From: Planctomycetota bacterium
GTDB lineage: Bacteria; Planctomycetota; UBA8742; UBA2392
Direction: 5' to 3'
Length of the DNA: 64,000 nucleotides
NCBI GenBank assembly: GCA_020848275.1
Contig: JADLAK010000077.1
Span: 7,606-71,605 of the forward strand
The notes under the pieces are model-generated. The model was not told where the DNA came from. It did not search any database and was given only the letters and a program-made list of their open reading frames with translations. Position numbers and translations under genes: made by a program. Below are positions 1 through 10,045 of this stretch, in pieces (the first letter of the stretch is position 1; the number at the start of each line of letters is the position of its first letter).

Positions 1-1
1 C

Positions 2-3000
2 ACGAGCTTCACGGTTGCGTTTGATCCCACAACCGCGGGCGCCAAGACCGCAACTGTGTCCTTTACCCACAATGGCACCAACACGGCCTCGCCGTTCACC
101 TTTGACGTCAGTGGCACCGGCATCACCCCGACTGTCGAAGTGCGCGAGACGGCTGTGGGCGGCACGCTGGTTGCCAACGGCGCTGCGGCGGCCAACGGTC
201 GTGCCTTTGGCAACCGCGATATCAGTGCGGGCCCGAGCGCGACCTTGACCGTCTTTGTGCTGAATACCGGCAGCAACACCATGACCCTGGCCGCCCCGAC
301 GCTGGGCGGTGCGGATGCGGGCCAGTTCGTCCTGGATACGACGGGATTCTCCACCAGCCTCGCTGTGGGCGCGAATACGACCTTCAGCCTGGCCTTTGAT
401 CCGAGCACCGTTGGCTCCAAGACCGCAACTGTCAGCTTTGCGCACAACGGCACGAACACGGGCAGCCCCTTCACCTTCGACGTCAGCGGCACGGGTATCA
501 CCCCGACGGTTGAGGTGCGCGAAACAGCGGTCGGCGGGACGCTGGTGGCAAATGGTGCGGCTGCGGCCAACGGTCGCGCTTTCGGCAACCGCGATATCAG
601 TGCGGGCTCCAGTGCGGCACTGACGATTTTCGTGCTCAACACCGGCAGCAATACCATCACGCTTGGCACGCCGACAATCGGCGGCGCCGACGCCGGCCAG
701 TTCGTCCTCAACACCGGCGGCTTCAGTGGCAGCGTCGCCGCGGGCGGGAACACGACTTTCACGGTTGCCTTTGACCCCTCTACCGTTGGCGCCAAGACCG
801 CGACGATCAGCTTTACGCACAACGGCACGAACACGGCTTCGCCCTTTACCTTCGACGTCAGTGGAACCGGCATCACGCCGACCGTCGAAGTGCGCGAAAC
901 AGCGGTGGGCGGCACGCTGGTTGCCAACGGCGCTGCGGCGGCCAACGGTCGCGCTTTCGGCAACCGCGATATCTCGGCAGGCCCGACGGCGACCTTGGCC
1001 ATCTTTGTGCTGAACACGGGCACCAATACGATCACACTTGCCGCCCCGACTCTGGGCGGCGCGGACGCGGGCCAGTTCGTGCTCGACAGCTCAAGTTTCA
1101 GCACCTCGGTTGCAGCAGGCGCCAACACCAGCTTCACGGTTGCCTTTGATCCCACGACCGTGGGCGCCAAGACCGCAAGTGTGTCCTTCACGCACGATGC
1201 GACCAACACGGCCTCGCCGTTCACCTTTGACGTCAGCGGCACGGGTATCACGCCGACCGTCGAAGTCCGCGAAACCGCTGTCGGCGGTACGCTGGTGGCC
1301 AACGGCGCTGCGGCGGCCAACGGTCGCGCTTTCGGCAGCCGCGACATTTCGGCGGGCCCGACGGCGACCCTGACCATCTTTGTGCTGAACACGGGCACCA
1401 ACACCATCACCCTAGGCACGCCGATTCTCGGCGGCGCCGACGCCGGCCAATTCGTGCTCGACACCTCAAGTTTCAGCGCCTCGGTTGCGGCGGGCGCGAA
1501 TACCACTTTCACCGTCGCCTTTGATCCGTCCACGGTTGGCGCCAAGACGGCGACTGTCAGCTTCACGCACAACGGCACCAACACGGCTTCGCCCTTTACC
1601 TTCGACGTCAGTGGAACCGGCATCACCCCGACCGTCGAGGTGCGCGAAACCGCGGTCGGCGGAACGCTGGTGGCCAATGGCGCTGCGGCGGCCAACGGCC
1701 GCGCTTTCGGCAACCGCGACATCAGTGCAGGCCCGAGCGCGACCCTGACCATCTTCGTGCTCAACACCGGCAGCAACACCATCACGCTTGGCACGCCGAC
1801 TATCGGCGGTGCTGACGCCGGCGAGTTCGTCCTCAACACCGGCGGCTTCAGCGGCAGCGTGGCCGCAGGCGCAAACACCAGCTTCACGGTTGCGTTTGAT
1901 CCCAGCACCGCCGGGCCCAAGACCGCGACGATCAGCTTTACGCATAACGGCACCAACACGGCTTCGCCGTTCACGTTTGACGTCAGCGGTACGGGCATCA
2001 CGCCGACCGTCGAAGTGCGCGAAACAGCGGTGGGCGGGACGCTCGTATCTAACGGCGCGGCGGCGGCCAACGGCCGCGCGTTCGGCAACCGCGATATCAG
2101 CGCGGGCGCGAGCGCGACATTGGCCATCTTTGTGCTCAACACCGGCAGCAACACGGTTACGCTCGGCACGCCGGCCCTGGGCGGCGTCGACGCAGGCCAG
2201 TTCGTCATCAACACCGGCGGCTTCAGCGGCAGCGTGGCCGCGGGCGCAAACACCAGCTTCACCGTCGCCTTCGACCCCAGCACCGTCGGCGCAAAAACCG
2301 CGACCGTCAGTTTCACACACGATGGCACCAACACGGCTTCGCCGTTCACCTTTGATGTCAGCGGCACGGGCATCACCCCGACCGTCGAAGTGCGCGAGAC
2401 CGCTGTCGGCGGCACGCTGGTGGCCAATGGCGCTGCGGCGGCCAACGGTCGCGCGTTCGGCAACCAGGACATCAGCAGCGGGGCAACCGCAACGTTGACG
2501 ATCTTTGTGCTCAACACCGGCAGTAACACGATTACGCTGGGTACGCCGGCGCTTGGCGGCGCCGACGCCGGCCAATTCGTCCTCAACACCGGCGGCTTCA
2601 GCGGCAGCGTCGCCGCGGGCGCCAACACGACTTTCACCGTCGCCTTTGACCCCAGCACCACGGGCCTTAAGGCCGCGACCGTGAGCTTCACCCATGACGG
2701 CACCAACACCGCGTCGCCCTTTACCTTCGACCTCAGCGGCACAGGCACTACGCCTTTGATCGAAGTCCGCGAAGCCGACGCCGTCACCGGCGTTCTGATT
2801 TCCAACGGACTGGCCGCCGCAGGCACGGCTCGCGACTTCGGCGACCAGAACGTCAGCGGCGGTGCGACCGCAGCCCTGACGATTTACATCAATAACACCG
2901 GCACCCACACCATGACGGTTGCGGCGCCGACGTTGAGCGCCGGCGACACCGGCGACTTCGTGCTGGATACCACGGGTTTCAGCACCAGCGTTGCCCCGGG

Positions 3001-6000
3001 CGCCAACACCAGCTTCACCGTCGCCTTCGACCCGGCAAGCACCGGCGGCAAGGCGGCGACTGTGAGCTTCACCCATAACGCCACCAACGATGCCACGCCC
3101 TTCGACTTCGAGGTAGTCGGCAACGGCACCAACCCGCCGGTGATCGACATCAGCGGCAGCGCGGCATTTGGCAGCGTCGACCTGGGCCAAAGCTCGGCGG
3201 CGCACCTGATTACCATTACCAACACCGGCGGTACGGACCTGACGGTAACCGCCGTGGCCCTGGCGGGCGCTAACCCCGGCGACTGGTCGCTCTCGCCGGT
3301 TTCGCCCGCCAGCTTCCCTGGGGCGGCGTGGACGATTGCGCCCGCAGCCACCGCCACCTTCAACGCGACGTTTACGCCCACCGCAGGCGGCGCACGCAGC
3401 GCCAACATCGCCGTAACCTCCGATACTGGCGGCACGCCGGGCACGGTGACGAACTTTGCCATCACCGGCACGGGTGTGTTCCCCGTGGCCCTGAGCGCCG
3501 CGCTGATTTCCGGCGACACCGGCGGCCCGCAGGTCATCCGCGTGACGGTGACCGGCACTTTCAACACCATCAGCGACCTGCTGCTCGAGTACCAGGGCGG
3601 CAGCGTCGGTGCGGGCTGGAGCAACTCGGGCGTCATCACCCGTGTCAGCGACAGCGGTGCGACCATCAGCGGCAACCTGATTGAAGACCTCAACGCGCCG
3701 ACGGCCGGCTCGACCATCGACATTCTGTGGGATGCTTACGCCACGGAACGCCACGTCACCGCCGCCAACTATGTGGTGCGCCTGACGCCGGTCACCGGCA
3801 TGGGCAGCGGCACATCCATCAGTGTCGGGCCGTTCACTCTGACGCGCGACGGCGGCTGGGCCCAACACGTGGAGCCGGGCGGCAACATCACCGGCCGCTT
3901 CGGCCACACCACGATTTACCAAACCAGCGGTAGCGCCGACCGCATGATCGTGTTCGGCGGCAAGGTCGGCAGCACCCTGATAAACGATGTCTGGGCCTAT
4001 GACCGCGGCAGCTTCGAGCCCGGCTGGCGCCAGGTTCGTCCCACGGGCACTGCGCCGACCATTCGCCAGTACCACTCGGCGATCTACGACAGCGCCAACA
4101 ACCGTATGATCGTCTTCAGCGGCAAGAGCGGCCCGACGCTGTACAACGACGTCTGGTCCCTCAGCCTCACGCCGGGCAGCGAAGCTTGGACGCAACTCAC
4201 CCCGGGCGGCACCGCGCCGGCGATCCGTTATTCCGCGATGATGGGTTACGACGCCGCGCGCGGCCGCGCGATTGTCTACGGCGGCTGGGGCGCTGTCGCC
4301 TATGCCGACGTGTTTGCGCTGGACCTGACGCCGGGCGCCGAAGCCTGGTCGACCATCACCGCGGGCGGCACCGCGCCGCAAGCCCGCATGGGTGCGGCCG
4401 TCGCGCTGCAACCCGCGCCGGCTGATCGCCTCGTGATTTACGGCGGCTACACCAGCAGCGGCGCCAGCAGCAGCGAAATCTTCCGCCTCAGCCTCGCCCC
4501 GGGCAGCGAAACCTGGGCGTCTATCACGGCGGCGGGCGGCGCCGGCGGCAGCACGCGTTATTACACCAGCCACGTTTACGACCCTGTGCGCAACGCGCTG
4601 ATGATGTCCAGCGGCTATCGCGGCAGCACTGTACTCAAGGACGCCTGGATGCTCAGCCTCGGCGCGGGCAGCGAAACCTGGACCGCCCTGCCCGAAGACG
4701 GCGGCGCGTCCGACGGCCGCGTGGTTGGTGCTGCGGCTTACGACAGCGGCCGCAGCGAGGCCATGTTCTTCGGCGGTCTTGGCGTTGCGGGCTTTGGCGT
4801 GACGGGCCTGGTCACACTGCCGTCGTCCGGTTCGCCGACGTGGGTGCTGCCGGCCACCGGCGCGACCCAGGCCATGCCTAACGGCCGCTGGGGCGCGGGC
4901 ATGATCTACGACGCCGCTAACAGCCGCACGGTGATCTTCGGCGGCAAGGACTCGGTCAACCGCTACAATGACGTGTGGGCGGTCAACCCCGCGGCAGCCT
5001 CGCCGGTGTGGAGCAAACTGGCCACTTCAGGCACTGCGCCGACGCCGCGCGTGTATGCGCAGGTGGTTTACGACTCGAACAGCCAGCGCATGATTGTGTT
5101 CGGCGGCCAGACGGCCAGCGGCGGTTCGGTCAACGACCTCTGGGAGTTGGACCTGTCGACGCTGGCGTGGCAGCAACTGACGCCCGCGGGCGGCCCGCCG
5201 ACGGCGCGGCAATCGGCGGCGGTGTGCTACGACGCGACGCCGGGCGCCGAGCGCTTGCTCATGCACGGCGGCAACACCAACAGCGGCCTCAACGGCGAAT
5301 CTTGGGTGCTTGACCTGTCCACGCGCTATAGCGAGGCGTGGACCCAGCTCAACCCGGGCGCCGGCCCCGCGGCCCGCCAGGGCCACGGCGCGGTCTACAA
5401 TAGCGTGCTGCAGCAGTTCGTGATCTTCATGGGCAGCACCGGCACCCGCAAAGATGATGTGTGGGCGATGGACCTCAGCGGCGGCATCGGCACGGAAAGC
5501 TGGATCGACATTACGCCTGCGGCCGGGCCGCCGGCGCCCTCGGCCCGCTACCTGTTTGGCTACGCCAGCGACGCCGCGGGCCTGACGGTGTTTGTGCAGG
5601 GCGGCGACGCGGGCAGCCTGATGAACGACCTCTGGATCCTCGACCTGTCGGGCTTTGCCGCGGTCTGGACGCCGGTGATCGTCAGCGGCGGCGTTGCGCC
5701 CCTGCACCGCAGCGTGCACAGCGCCTGCTACGACGACGCCAACAACCGCCTCGTCATCGGCATGGGCCTGACGTTGTGGCCCTGCGCCGATATCTGGACG
5801 ATCCTGCCTTTTGCCGGAAGCCCGGTGTGGAGTGAAGTCCACGCGGCATCGGCCCCGGCCGCAATGGTCAACGGCGCGACCTGCTACGACCCAGTGTTCA
5901 AGCGCATGATCGCTTTTGGCGGTATCGCCAGCGGCGGCTTTGACAGCCAGCTCTGGCAGTTGGACCTCACCACGCCGGTCGCAACCTGGAGCAAACTGGC

Positions 6001-6799
6001 CACGGCGGGCACTCTGCCTGCTGGCCGCCGCGGCGCGAGCTTGGTGTTTGACTCCGTTGCAGGCACGCCGCGCATGATCATGTACGGCGGCTGGCTGGGC
6101 ACGGCCAACTCGACCATCACCAACCAGGTCTGGCAGTTGTCGCTGGCGGCGGGTACGGGCACCTGGACAAACATCACCCCGGCGCCGGCGGGCGGACAGC
6201 CCGGCGGCCGCGCCAACCATGCCGCGGTCTTCGACGCCACGGGCAACCGCATGGTGATCTTCGGCGGCCAGACCTCGGCGGCATTTGTGAACACGGTCTA
6301 TGCGCTGAGCCTGGGCGGCAGCCCGGCCTGGTCGCTGCAGGCGACCAGCGGCACGGCGCCGAGCATCCGCATGGGCATGAGCTACAGCTTCCACCCGAGC
6401 ACGCGCCGGCTGGTGATCATGGGCGGCTACAACGGCAGCACGACGTTCTCGGACATGTTCTACCTGAACCTGGCGACCAACGCATGGTCGAGCCAGGGTG
6501 GCGCGATTCCGCCCAAGCGTTACTACAACAGCATGGTTTATGATGCGGCCAACGACCGCATGGTCATGTACGGCGGCTTCGACACCGCGGCGCTGAGCGA
6601 CCTGTGGAGCTTCAGCTTCGCGAGCAGCACCTGGACTCAGATTACGCCGACAGTGGCTCTGCCGCAGACGCGCTGGGCGCACGCGGCGATCTGGGATGTC
6701 GATGGCGCGCGCATGGTGGTGAGCGGCGGCTACGTCGACGGCGAAAACGCCTCGGTGCAGATCGATAACATGGCGCAGTTGTGGTTCTGGGGCGACTGA
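2..6799 (+). CDS. Giant surface/secreted protein, 5'-truncated: tandem Ig-like (ASH/choice-of-anchor D-like) repeats followed by many Kelch/galactose-oxidase-type repeats
   Basis: The frame is open from base 2. The motif SPFTFDVSGTG recurs every 375 bp up to 2714. From about 3870 there are Kelch-like repeats (R.GH/HSA.YD....RMIVFGG......NDVW). Stop is TGA at 6797-6799. Confidence 0.85.
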   Translation, partial: TSFTVAFDPTTAGAKTATVSFTHNGTNTASPFTFDVSGTGITPTVEVRETAVGGTLVANGAAAANGRAFGNRDISAGPSATLTVFVLNTGSNTMTLAAPTLGGADAGQFVLDTTGFSTSLAVGANTTFSLAFDPSTVGSKTATVSFAHNGTNTGSPFTFDVSGTGITPTVEVRETAVGGTLVANGAAAANGRAFGNRDISAGSSAALTIFVLNTGSNTITLGTPTIGGADAGQFVLNTGGFSGSVAAGGNTTFTVAFDPSTVGAKTATISFTHNGTNTASPFTFDVSGTGITPTVEVRETAVGGTLVANGAAAANGRAFGNRDISAGPTATLAIFVLNTGTNTITLAAPTLGGADAGQFVLDSSSFSTSVAAGANTSFTVAFDPTTVGAKTASVSFTHDATNTASPFTFDVSGTGITPTVEVRETAVGGTLVANGAAAANGRAFGSRDISAGPTATLTIFVLNTGTNTITLGTPILGGADAGQFVLDTSSFSASVAAGANTTFTVAFDPSTVGAKTATVSFTHNGTNTASPFTFDVSGTGITPTVEVRETAVGGTLVANGAAAANGRAFGNRDISAGPSATLTIFVLNTGSNTITLGTPTIGGADAGEFVLNTGGFSGSVAAGANTSFTVAFDPSTAGPKTATISFTHNGTNTASPFTFDVSGTGITPTVEVRETAVGGTLVSNGAAAANGRAFGNRDISAGASATLAIFVLNTGSNTVTLGTPALGGVDAGQFVINTGGFSGSVAAGANTSFTVAFDPSTVGAKTATVSFTHDGTNTASPFTFDVSGTGITPTVEVRETAVGGTLVANGAAAANGRAFGNQDISSGATATLTIFVLNTGSNTITLGTPALGGADAGQFVLNTGGFSGSVAAGANTTFTVAFDPSTTGLKAATVSFTHDGTNTASPFTFDLSGTGTTPLIEVREADAVTGVLISNGLAAAGTARDFGDQNVSGGATAALTIYINNTGTHTMTVAAPTLSAGDTGDFVLDTTGFSTSVAPGANTSFTVAFDPASTGGKAATVSFTHNATNDATPFDFEVVGNGTNPPVIDISGSAAFGSVDLGQSSAAHLITITNTGGTDLTVTAVALAGANPGDWSLSPVSPASFPGAAWTIAPAATATFNATFTPTAGGARSANIAVTSDTGGTPGTVTNFAITGTGVFPVALSAALISGDTGGPQVIRVTVTGTFNTISDLLLEYQGGSVGAGWSNSGVITRVSDSGATISGNLIEDLNAPTAGSTIDILWDAYATERHVTAANYVVRLTPVTGMGSGTSISVGPFTLTRDGGWAQHVEPGGNITGRFGHTTIYQTSGSADRMIVFGGKVGSTLINDVWAYDRGSFEPGWRQVRPTGTAPTIRQYHSAIYDSANNRMIVFSGKSGPTLYNDVWSLSLTPGSEAWTQLTPGGTAPAIRYSAMMGYDAARGRAIVYGGWGAVAYADVFALDLTPGAEAWSTITAGGTAPQARMGAAVALQPAPADRLVIYGGYTSSGASSSEIFRLSLAPGSETWASITAAGGAGGSTRYYTSHVYDPVRNALMMSSGYRGSTVLKDAWMLSLGAGSETWTALPEDGGASDGRVVGAAAYDSGRSEAMFFGGLGVAGFGVTGLVTLPSSGSPTWVLPATGATQAMPNGRWGAGMIYDAANSRTVIFGGKDSVNRYNDVWAVNPAAASPVWSKLATSGTAPTPRVYAQVVYDSNSQRMIVFGGQTASGGSVNDLWELDLSTLAWQQLTPAGGPPTARQSAAVCYDATPGAERLLMHGGNTNSGLNGESWVLDLSTRYSEAWTQLNPGAGPAARQGHGAVYNSVLQQFVIFMGSTGTRKDDVWAMDLSGGIGTESWIDITPAAGPPAPSARYLFGYASDAAGLTVFVQGGDAGSLMNDLWILDLSGFAAVWTPVIVSGGVAPLHRSVHSACYDDANNRLVIGMGLTLWPCADIWTILPFAGSPVWSEVHAASAPAAMVNGATCYDPVFKRMIAFGGIASGGFDSQLWQLDLTTPVATWSKLATAGTLPAGRRGASLVFDSVAGTPRMIMYGGWLGTANSTITNQVWQLSLAAGTGTWTNITPAPAGGQPGGRANHAAVFDATGNRMVIFGGQTSAAFVNTVYALSLGGSPAWSLQATSGTAPSIRMGMSYSFHPSTRRLVIMGGYNGSTTFSDMFYLNLATNAWSSQGGAIPPKRYYNSMVYDAANDRMVMYGGFDTAALSDLWSFSFASSTWTQITPTVALPQTRWAHAAIWDVDGARMVVSGGYVDGENASVQIDNMAQLWFWGD
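89..2713 (+). repeat. Seven complete intragenic 375-bp (125-aa) tandem repeats, plus a partial copy at the window edge and diverged copies after them
   Basis: The Ser codon of SPFTFD falls at 89, 464, 839, 1214, 1589, 1964, 2339 and 2714, an exact 375-bp period. Confidence 0.95.
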
Positions 6800-6808
6800 T
6801 AGAAACCA

Positions 6809-6885
6809 GAGCCCATTGCGTAAGCGATGGGTGTTGTGTTGCAAGCGGTGAACGACAAAACACCCGCCGCTCACGCAGCGGGCTC
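6809..6885. repeat. REP-like inverted doublet (GAGCCC-N3-GCGT[A/G]AGCG-N2-GGG family)
   Basis: The arm GAGCCCATTGCGTAAGCGATGGGTG pairs with an arm whose reverse complement is GAGCCCGCTGCGTGAGCGGCGGGTG. Related elements lie at 13283 and 47461. Confidence 0.6.
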
Positions 6886-6942
6886 CGGTTCACCGGGATC
6901 AAGTAACGCAGGCTCCGGGGCGGGCAAACCCGGGAGTCTTGC

Positions 6943-6975
6943 AGGGCGCGGACCTCACGGTCCGCGCCCTTTTTT
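6943..6975 (+). terminator. Rho-independent terminator
   Basis: 12-bp stem AGGGCGCGGACC/GGTCCGCGCCCT followed by a T-tract, between convergent genes. Confidence 0.8.
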
Positions 6976-6979
6976 GGTT

Positions 6980-8350
6980 TCAGAAGGCGTCGGGTTTAGC
7001 GTGTTTGTGTGCGTACTCTAGCCGCTTGGCAAGCACATCGGCCCGCGCCGGTTCGCCAACAAGGCGCAGGACGTCGACCAGCGCCGCCACATCGTCGGTC
7101 AGGCGCTTCATCATTTCATTTTCCTGCTGGACAAGGATCTCTGCTGCGCGCAGCGCGAGGGTGCGGGCTTCGGCATGGGCGGGACTCAGCAGGCGCGCGA
7201 TACCCGTAAGCGTCTTGCCGATCCAGAAATTCATGGGCGAGCTGTGCTTTTCGAAGATATGCAGGGCTTGGCGATGAATGCTCAATGCCTCGGAAACCCG
7301 CCCCTGCTGTTCGACACACTTGGCTAGGTTTAGCATAGTTATGGCAGGCATGACCGCCCCGGCGGTCCCGGTGCCTTCGGATTCCTCGCGAATCTCAAGT
7401 GCTCTGCGAAAGTGGTTCTCCGCTTCAGCAAGCTTGCCGGTCTTTACCAACATGTCCGCCAAGAAACTATGGGTGCTGCCGAGCATCGCCCTGTGGGTCC
7501 GTGCGTGTGGATCATCGTCATCGATGTCTTCTGCATTCCGAATCGACGCCTCCAACAAATCAATTGCCTTTTGATGGTCGCCCGCGACGGCGTAACGGGA
7601 TGCGGCCATCTGTTGTTCCATTGCCAGCCTCTGTTTGTCGCCGTTTTCTTCCGTTTCTCGCAACGAAGCTTCAGTGAGCTTGAAACTTTCCCCGGGGTTG
7701 TCCTTGTCAAACGCCATGCAGGCCACCAAGGGGCGCCATTTCTTCGTGGTGGCGTGATCCGGACCCAGCCGGGCCTGATAGATATCGAGAACCTCACTCA
7801 CGACCCTGTTGTGCTCGCGGCCCTGCTTGTCGCTCCCATTGCCTGAAAACAGCGCACTTGAGGCTCGCCGAAGGGCCGCCGCGAGTTCAAGAGACTGAGG
7901 GACGCAGGTCTTGCGTGCAACCTCGATGGCTTTCCGGGCAAGCTCCCGGCCCTCGTCGATGGTCATCTGACCCCGTATTTCCTTGTGATCGCGATACTCG
8001 AACCATCCAAGATTGACGCGAGCGGAGCCCAGCTGGCACAGGGGCACGATCATGCGCGCCGAATGTTCACCGAAGCGCCGTCTCACGCGGTCCAGTCGCT
8101 CAATCGCGACTTTTTCGCGTGCTTTGTTGTAGAGTACGTCGACTTCAAGCGCCTCTTCGGGCTTGGCCTTGCCGTAGTGGCTGGCGAGCGAAAGGCACTG
8201 ACCCAAACGACTGACGGCGCGAAACCAGTGCCGGTGATACCGAGGCGCGAGTTCCATTGCTTGCCGGAAACGCTTCGCCGCCTCCGTGTAGCGCGCAACA
8301 TCTGCGACCCTTTCCGCATCCTTGAGCAGGCTGATGACATCTGAGTCCAT
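6980..8350 (-). CDS. Tetratricopeptide repeat protein
   Basis: TPR-like helices (GKLAEAENHFRRALEIRE, GRVSEALSIHRQALHIFE). Start placed at ATG 8350 (MDSDVISLL). Confidence 0.75.
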   Translation of the reverse strand: MDSDVISLLKDAERVADVARYTEAAKRFRQAMELAPRYHRHWFRAVSRLGQCLSLASHYGKAKPEEALEVDVLYNKAREKVAIERLDRVRRRFGEHSARMIVPLCQLGSARVNLGWFEYRDHKEIRGQMTIDEGRELARKAIEVARKTCVPQSLELAAALRRASSALFSGNGSDKQGREHNRVVSEVLDIYQARLGPDHATTKKWRPLVACMAFDKDNPGESFKLTEASLRETEENGDKQRLAMEQQMAASRYAVAGDHQKAIDLLEASIRNAEDIDDDDPHARTHRAMLGSTHSFLADMLVKTGKLAEAENHFRRALEIREESEGTGTAGAVMPAITMLNLAKCVEQQGRVSEALSIHRQALHIFEKHSSPMNFWIGKTLTGIARLLSPAHAEARTLALRAAEILVQQENEMMKRLTDDVAALVDVLRLVGEPARADVLAKRLEYAHKHAKPDAF

Positions 8351-8369
8351 GTTGACGACTCGATTCGAC

Positions 8370-9161
8370 TTAGTCCGGTTTGCGGTCGAGGGCTGCGATG
8401 CGTGCCAGCGCGGCATCGCGGACGTCGGCGCGTTCGTCCTGTGCGGCGGCGAGGCGGTACCACTTGATCGCCTGCGGAATATCTACCGGCGTGCCGCGGC
8501 CTTTTTCGTGGGCCTCCCCCAGCGCAAAGCACGAGGGCGCATGCCGCTTGGCCGCAGCCTTGCCAAACCATTCGACAGCCCCCGGCTCGTCCTTGTCGAT
8601 GCCATCGCCGATGGTCAGCATCACGCCCAGGTGATACTGCGCGTCCTCGAGCCCGCGCTCAGCGGCCGTGCGCAGCCAGGTCGCCGCAGTCTGCGGGTTC
8701 TGCTCGGTGCCGTAGCCCTCGAAGTAGCACAGGCCAAGCATGTACTGCGCGATTAGATCATCCTGTGCGGCGGCCTTGGACAGCCATTTGAAAGCCTCGG
8801 CCTTGTCGGGAAGCACACCTTTGCCCGACATGTACATCTGCGCGATCATCAGTTGGCCGTCGACGCTGCCGGCGTCGGCGGCGCGCAACAGCCAGCGCGC
8901 GGCCTCGGCGCTGTCGGCGGTCACGTAGGTGCCCTTGAGATACCAGATGCCGAGTTCGAGCGACGCGTCGACATGTCCGCCCTCGGCGGCCTTGTGCAGG
9001 AATTCCACCGCTCCGGCAAAGTCGTTCTTGTCGCGAAGCACCATCGCGCGGGTGTAGTTCTGTCCCGGCGTGAATTTCGAGACGTCCTCGGGCGCTTTTT
9101 GAGGCGTCGAGGCGCACGCCGTAAGCAGCAACACGCAAGTCAGGATGATTGTCAGGCGCAT
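8370..9161 (-). CDS. Sel1-repeat lipoprotein
   Basis: Lipobox LLTAC. Repeats of the type AQY.LG..Y..G.G...D...A..W...AA.QG. Confidence 0.9.
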   Translation of the reverse strand: MRLTIILTCVLLLTACASTPQKAPEDVSKFTPGQNYTRAMVLRDKNDFAGAVEFLHKAAEGGHVDASLELGIWYLKGTYVTADSAEAARWLLRAADAGSVDGQLMIAQMYMSGKGVLPDKAEAFKWLSKAAAQDDLIAQYMLGLCYFEGYGTEQNPQTAATWLRTAAERGLEDAQYHLGVMLTIGDGIDKDEPGAVEWFGKAAAKRHAPSCFALGEAHEKGRGTPVDIPQAIKWYRLAAAQDERADVRDAALARIAALDRKPD

Positions 9162-9215
9162 GTGAAACCCCGGCGGGGCTGGGGTCTCAAGTGTAGCGCG
9201 CGACAATTTAAATGC

Positions 9216-9241
9216 GTAGGGGCTCGCCGTGGCGAGCCCCT
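9216..9241. repeat. GTAG-type REP-like palindrome
   Basis: GTAG overlapping the stem GGGGCTCGCC-GT-GGCGAGCCCC. Confidence 0.5.
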
Positions 9242-9266
9242 GTTGCGTCCTGACCTTGCAGCCTCG

Positions 9267-9950
9267 CTACCGCTCGCGCGGCTGCTTCTCGTCCTTGCGC
9301 GCCCGAAGTTCTTCCTCGAGCTTCTTGGCCTCTTCCTTCAGCTTGGCGACCTTGTCCTCAAGCGCCTCCAGTTCGTCCGACAACTTGCCTCGGGCCTCGC
9401 GGTCGTCAGCTTTGCTCCACCTGTCGCGCACGTTCTTGGCTTCCTCGGACAGTTTGGCGATGATCTCGCGCAGTTCCGCCAGCCGCGTATCGATCTTTGA
9501 GGGCATCGGGAAACCACGTGACTCCCACTTGAACTCCAGCGTGGGCGTCGCGTCGGGCGGGTTCTCGACCTTGACCCAGCGCGGCTTGACCTCGGCGTCC
9601 TTCATCAGGTAGCTCGCGCCCGTGGCGGTGTTGAGCAACATTACGCCTGCTTTGGTGTCGATGATTGACCACGTGCCCGGCGCGTTGCGGTCGCCGGCCA
9701 GGACATAGGTCTGCACGGGGCTGGTCTCCAGCCGCCACGCGTCCGCTTCGACCTCGAGCGGCACAACTTCGACCCGGTTGATCCTGCGCGCTTCGGCCTC
9801 GATTACCTTGCCCTTGGCTTCTTCCCGTGCCCTGATGGCCTTCATTTCCTCTGTGCGAGCGTCCTGCGCCGAGCCCGGGCCCACGCCGCAAAGGCCCAGC
9901 ACGCCGACGACCACGGTCGCGGCGACGACGGTACTGATTGCTTTCAACAT
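9267..9950 (-). CDS. Hypothetical exported protein with C-terminal coiled coil
   Basis: Signal-like N-terminus, Glu/Lys heptad C-terminus, GC3-rich codons. Confidence 0.7.
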   Translation of the reverse strand: MLKAISTVVAATVVVGVLGLCGVGPGSAQDARTEEMKAIRAREEAKGKVIEAEARRINRVEVVPLEVEADAWRLETSPVQTYVLAGDRNAPGTWSIIDTKAGVMLLNTATGASYLMKDAEVKPRWVKVENPPDATPTLEFKWESRGFPMPSKIDTRLAELREIIAKLSEEAKNVRDRWSKADDREARGKLSDELEALEDKVAKLKEEAKKLEEELRARKDEKQPRER

Positions 9951-10045
9951 GCGTTCTCCTCGTTAAATGGGTTCTCCCACGGCTACTACCGGCCCAGGAC
10001 CGCGGGCGTTAGCACAAATCCGGCCTCTTCTGCTATAAAGGCGGC

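Noticed and set aside
1466-6874. Long antisense and alternate-frame ORFs (e.g. 1466-4573, 5027-6874, 29118-30878, 44950-47460)
   Set aside because: They are shadow ORFs of high-GC genes with Arg/Ala/Gly-rich, motif-free translations.
6800-6975. Highly structured intergenic region as a novel ncRNA or riboswitch
   Set aside because: It is largely explained by a REP-like doublet (6809-6885) plus a terminator. I found no SRP, 6S or c-di-GMP consensus by eye. A further stem at 6908-6942 remains unexplained, so cmscan would settle it.
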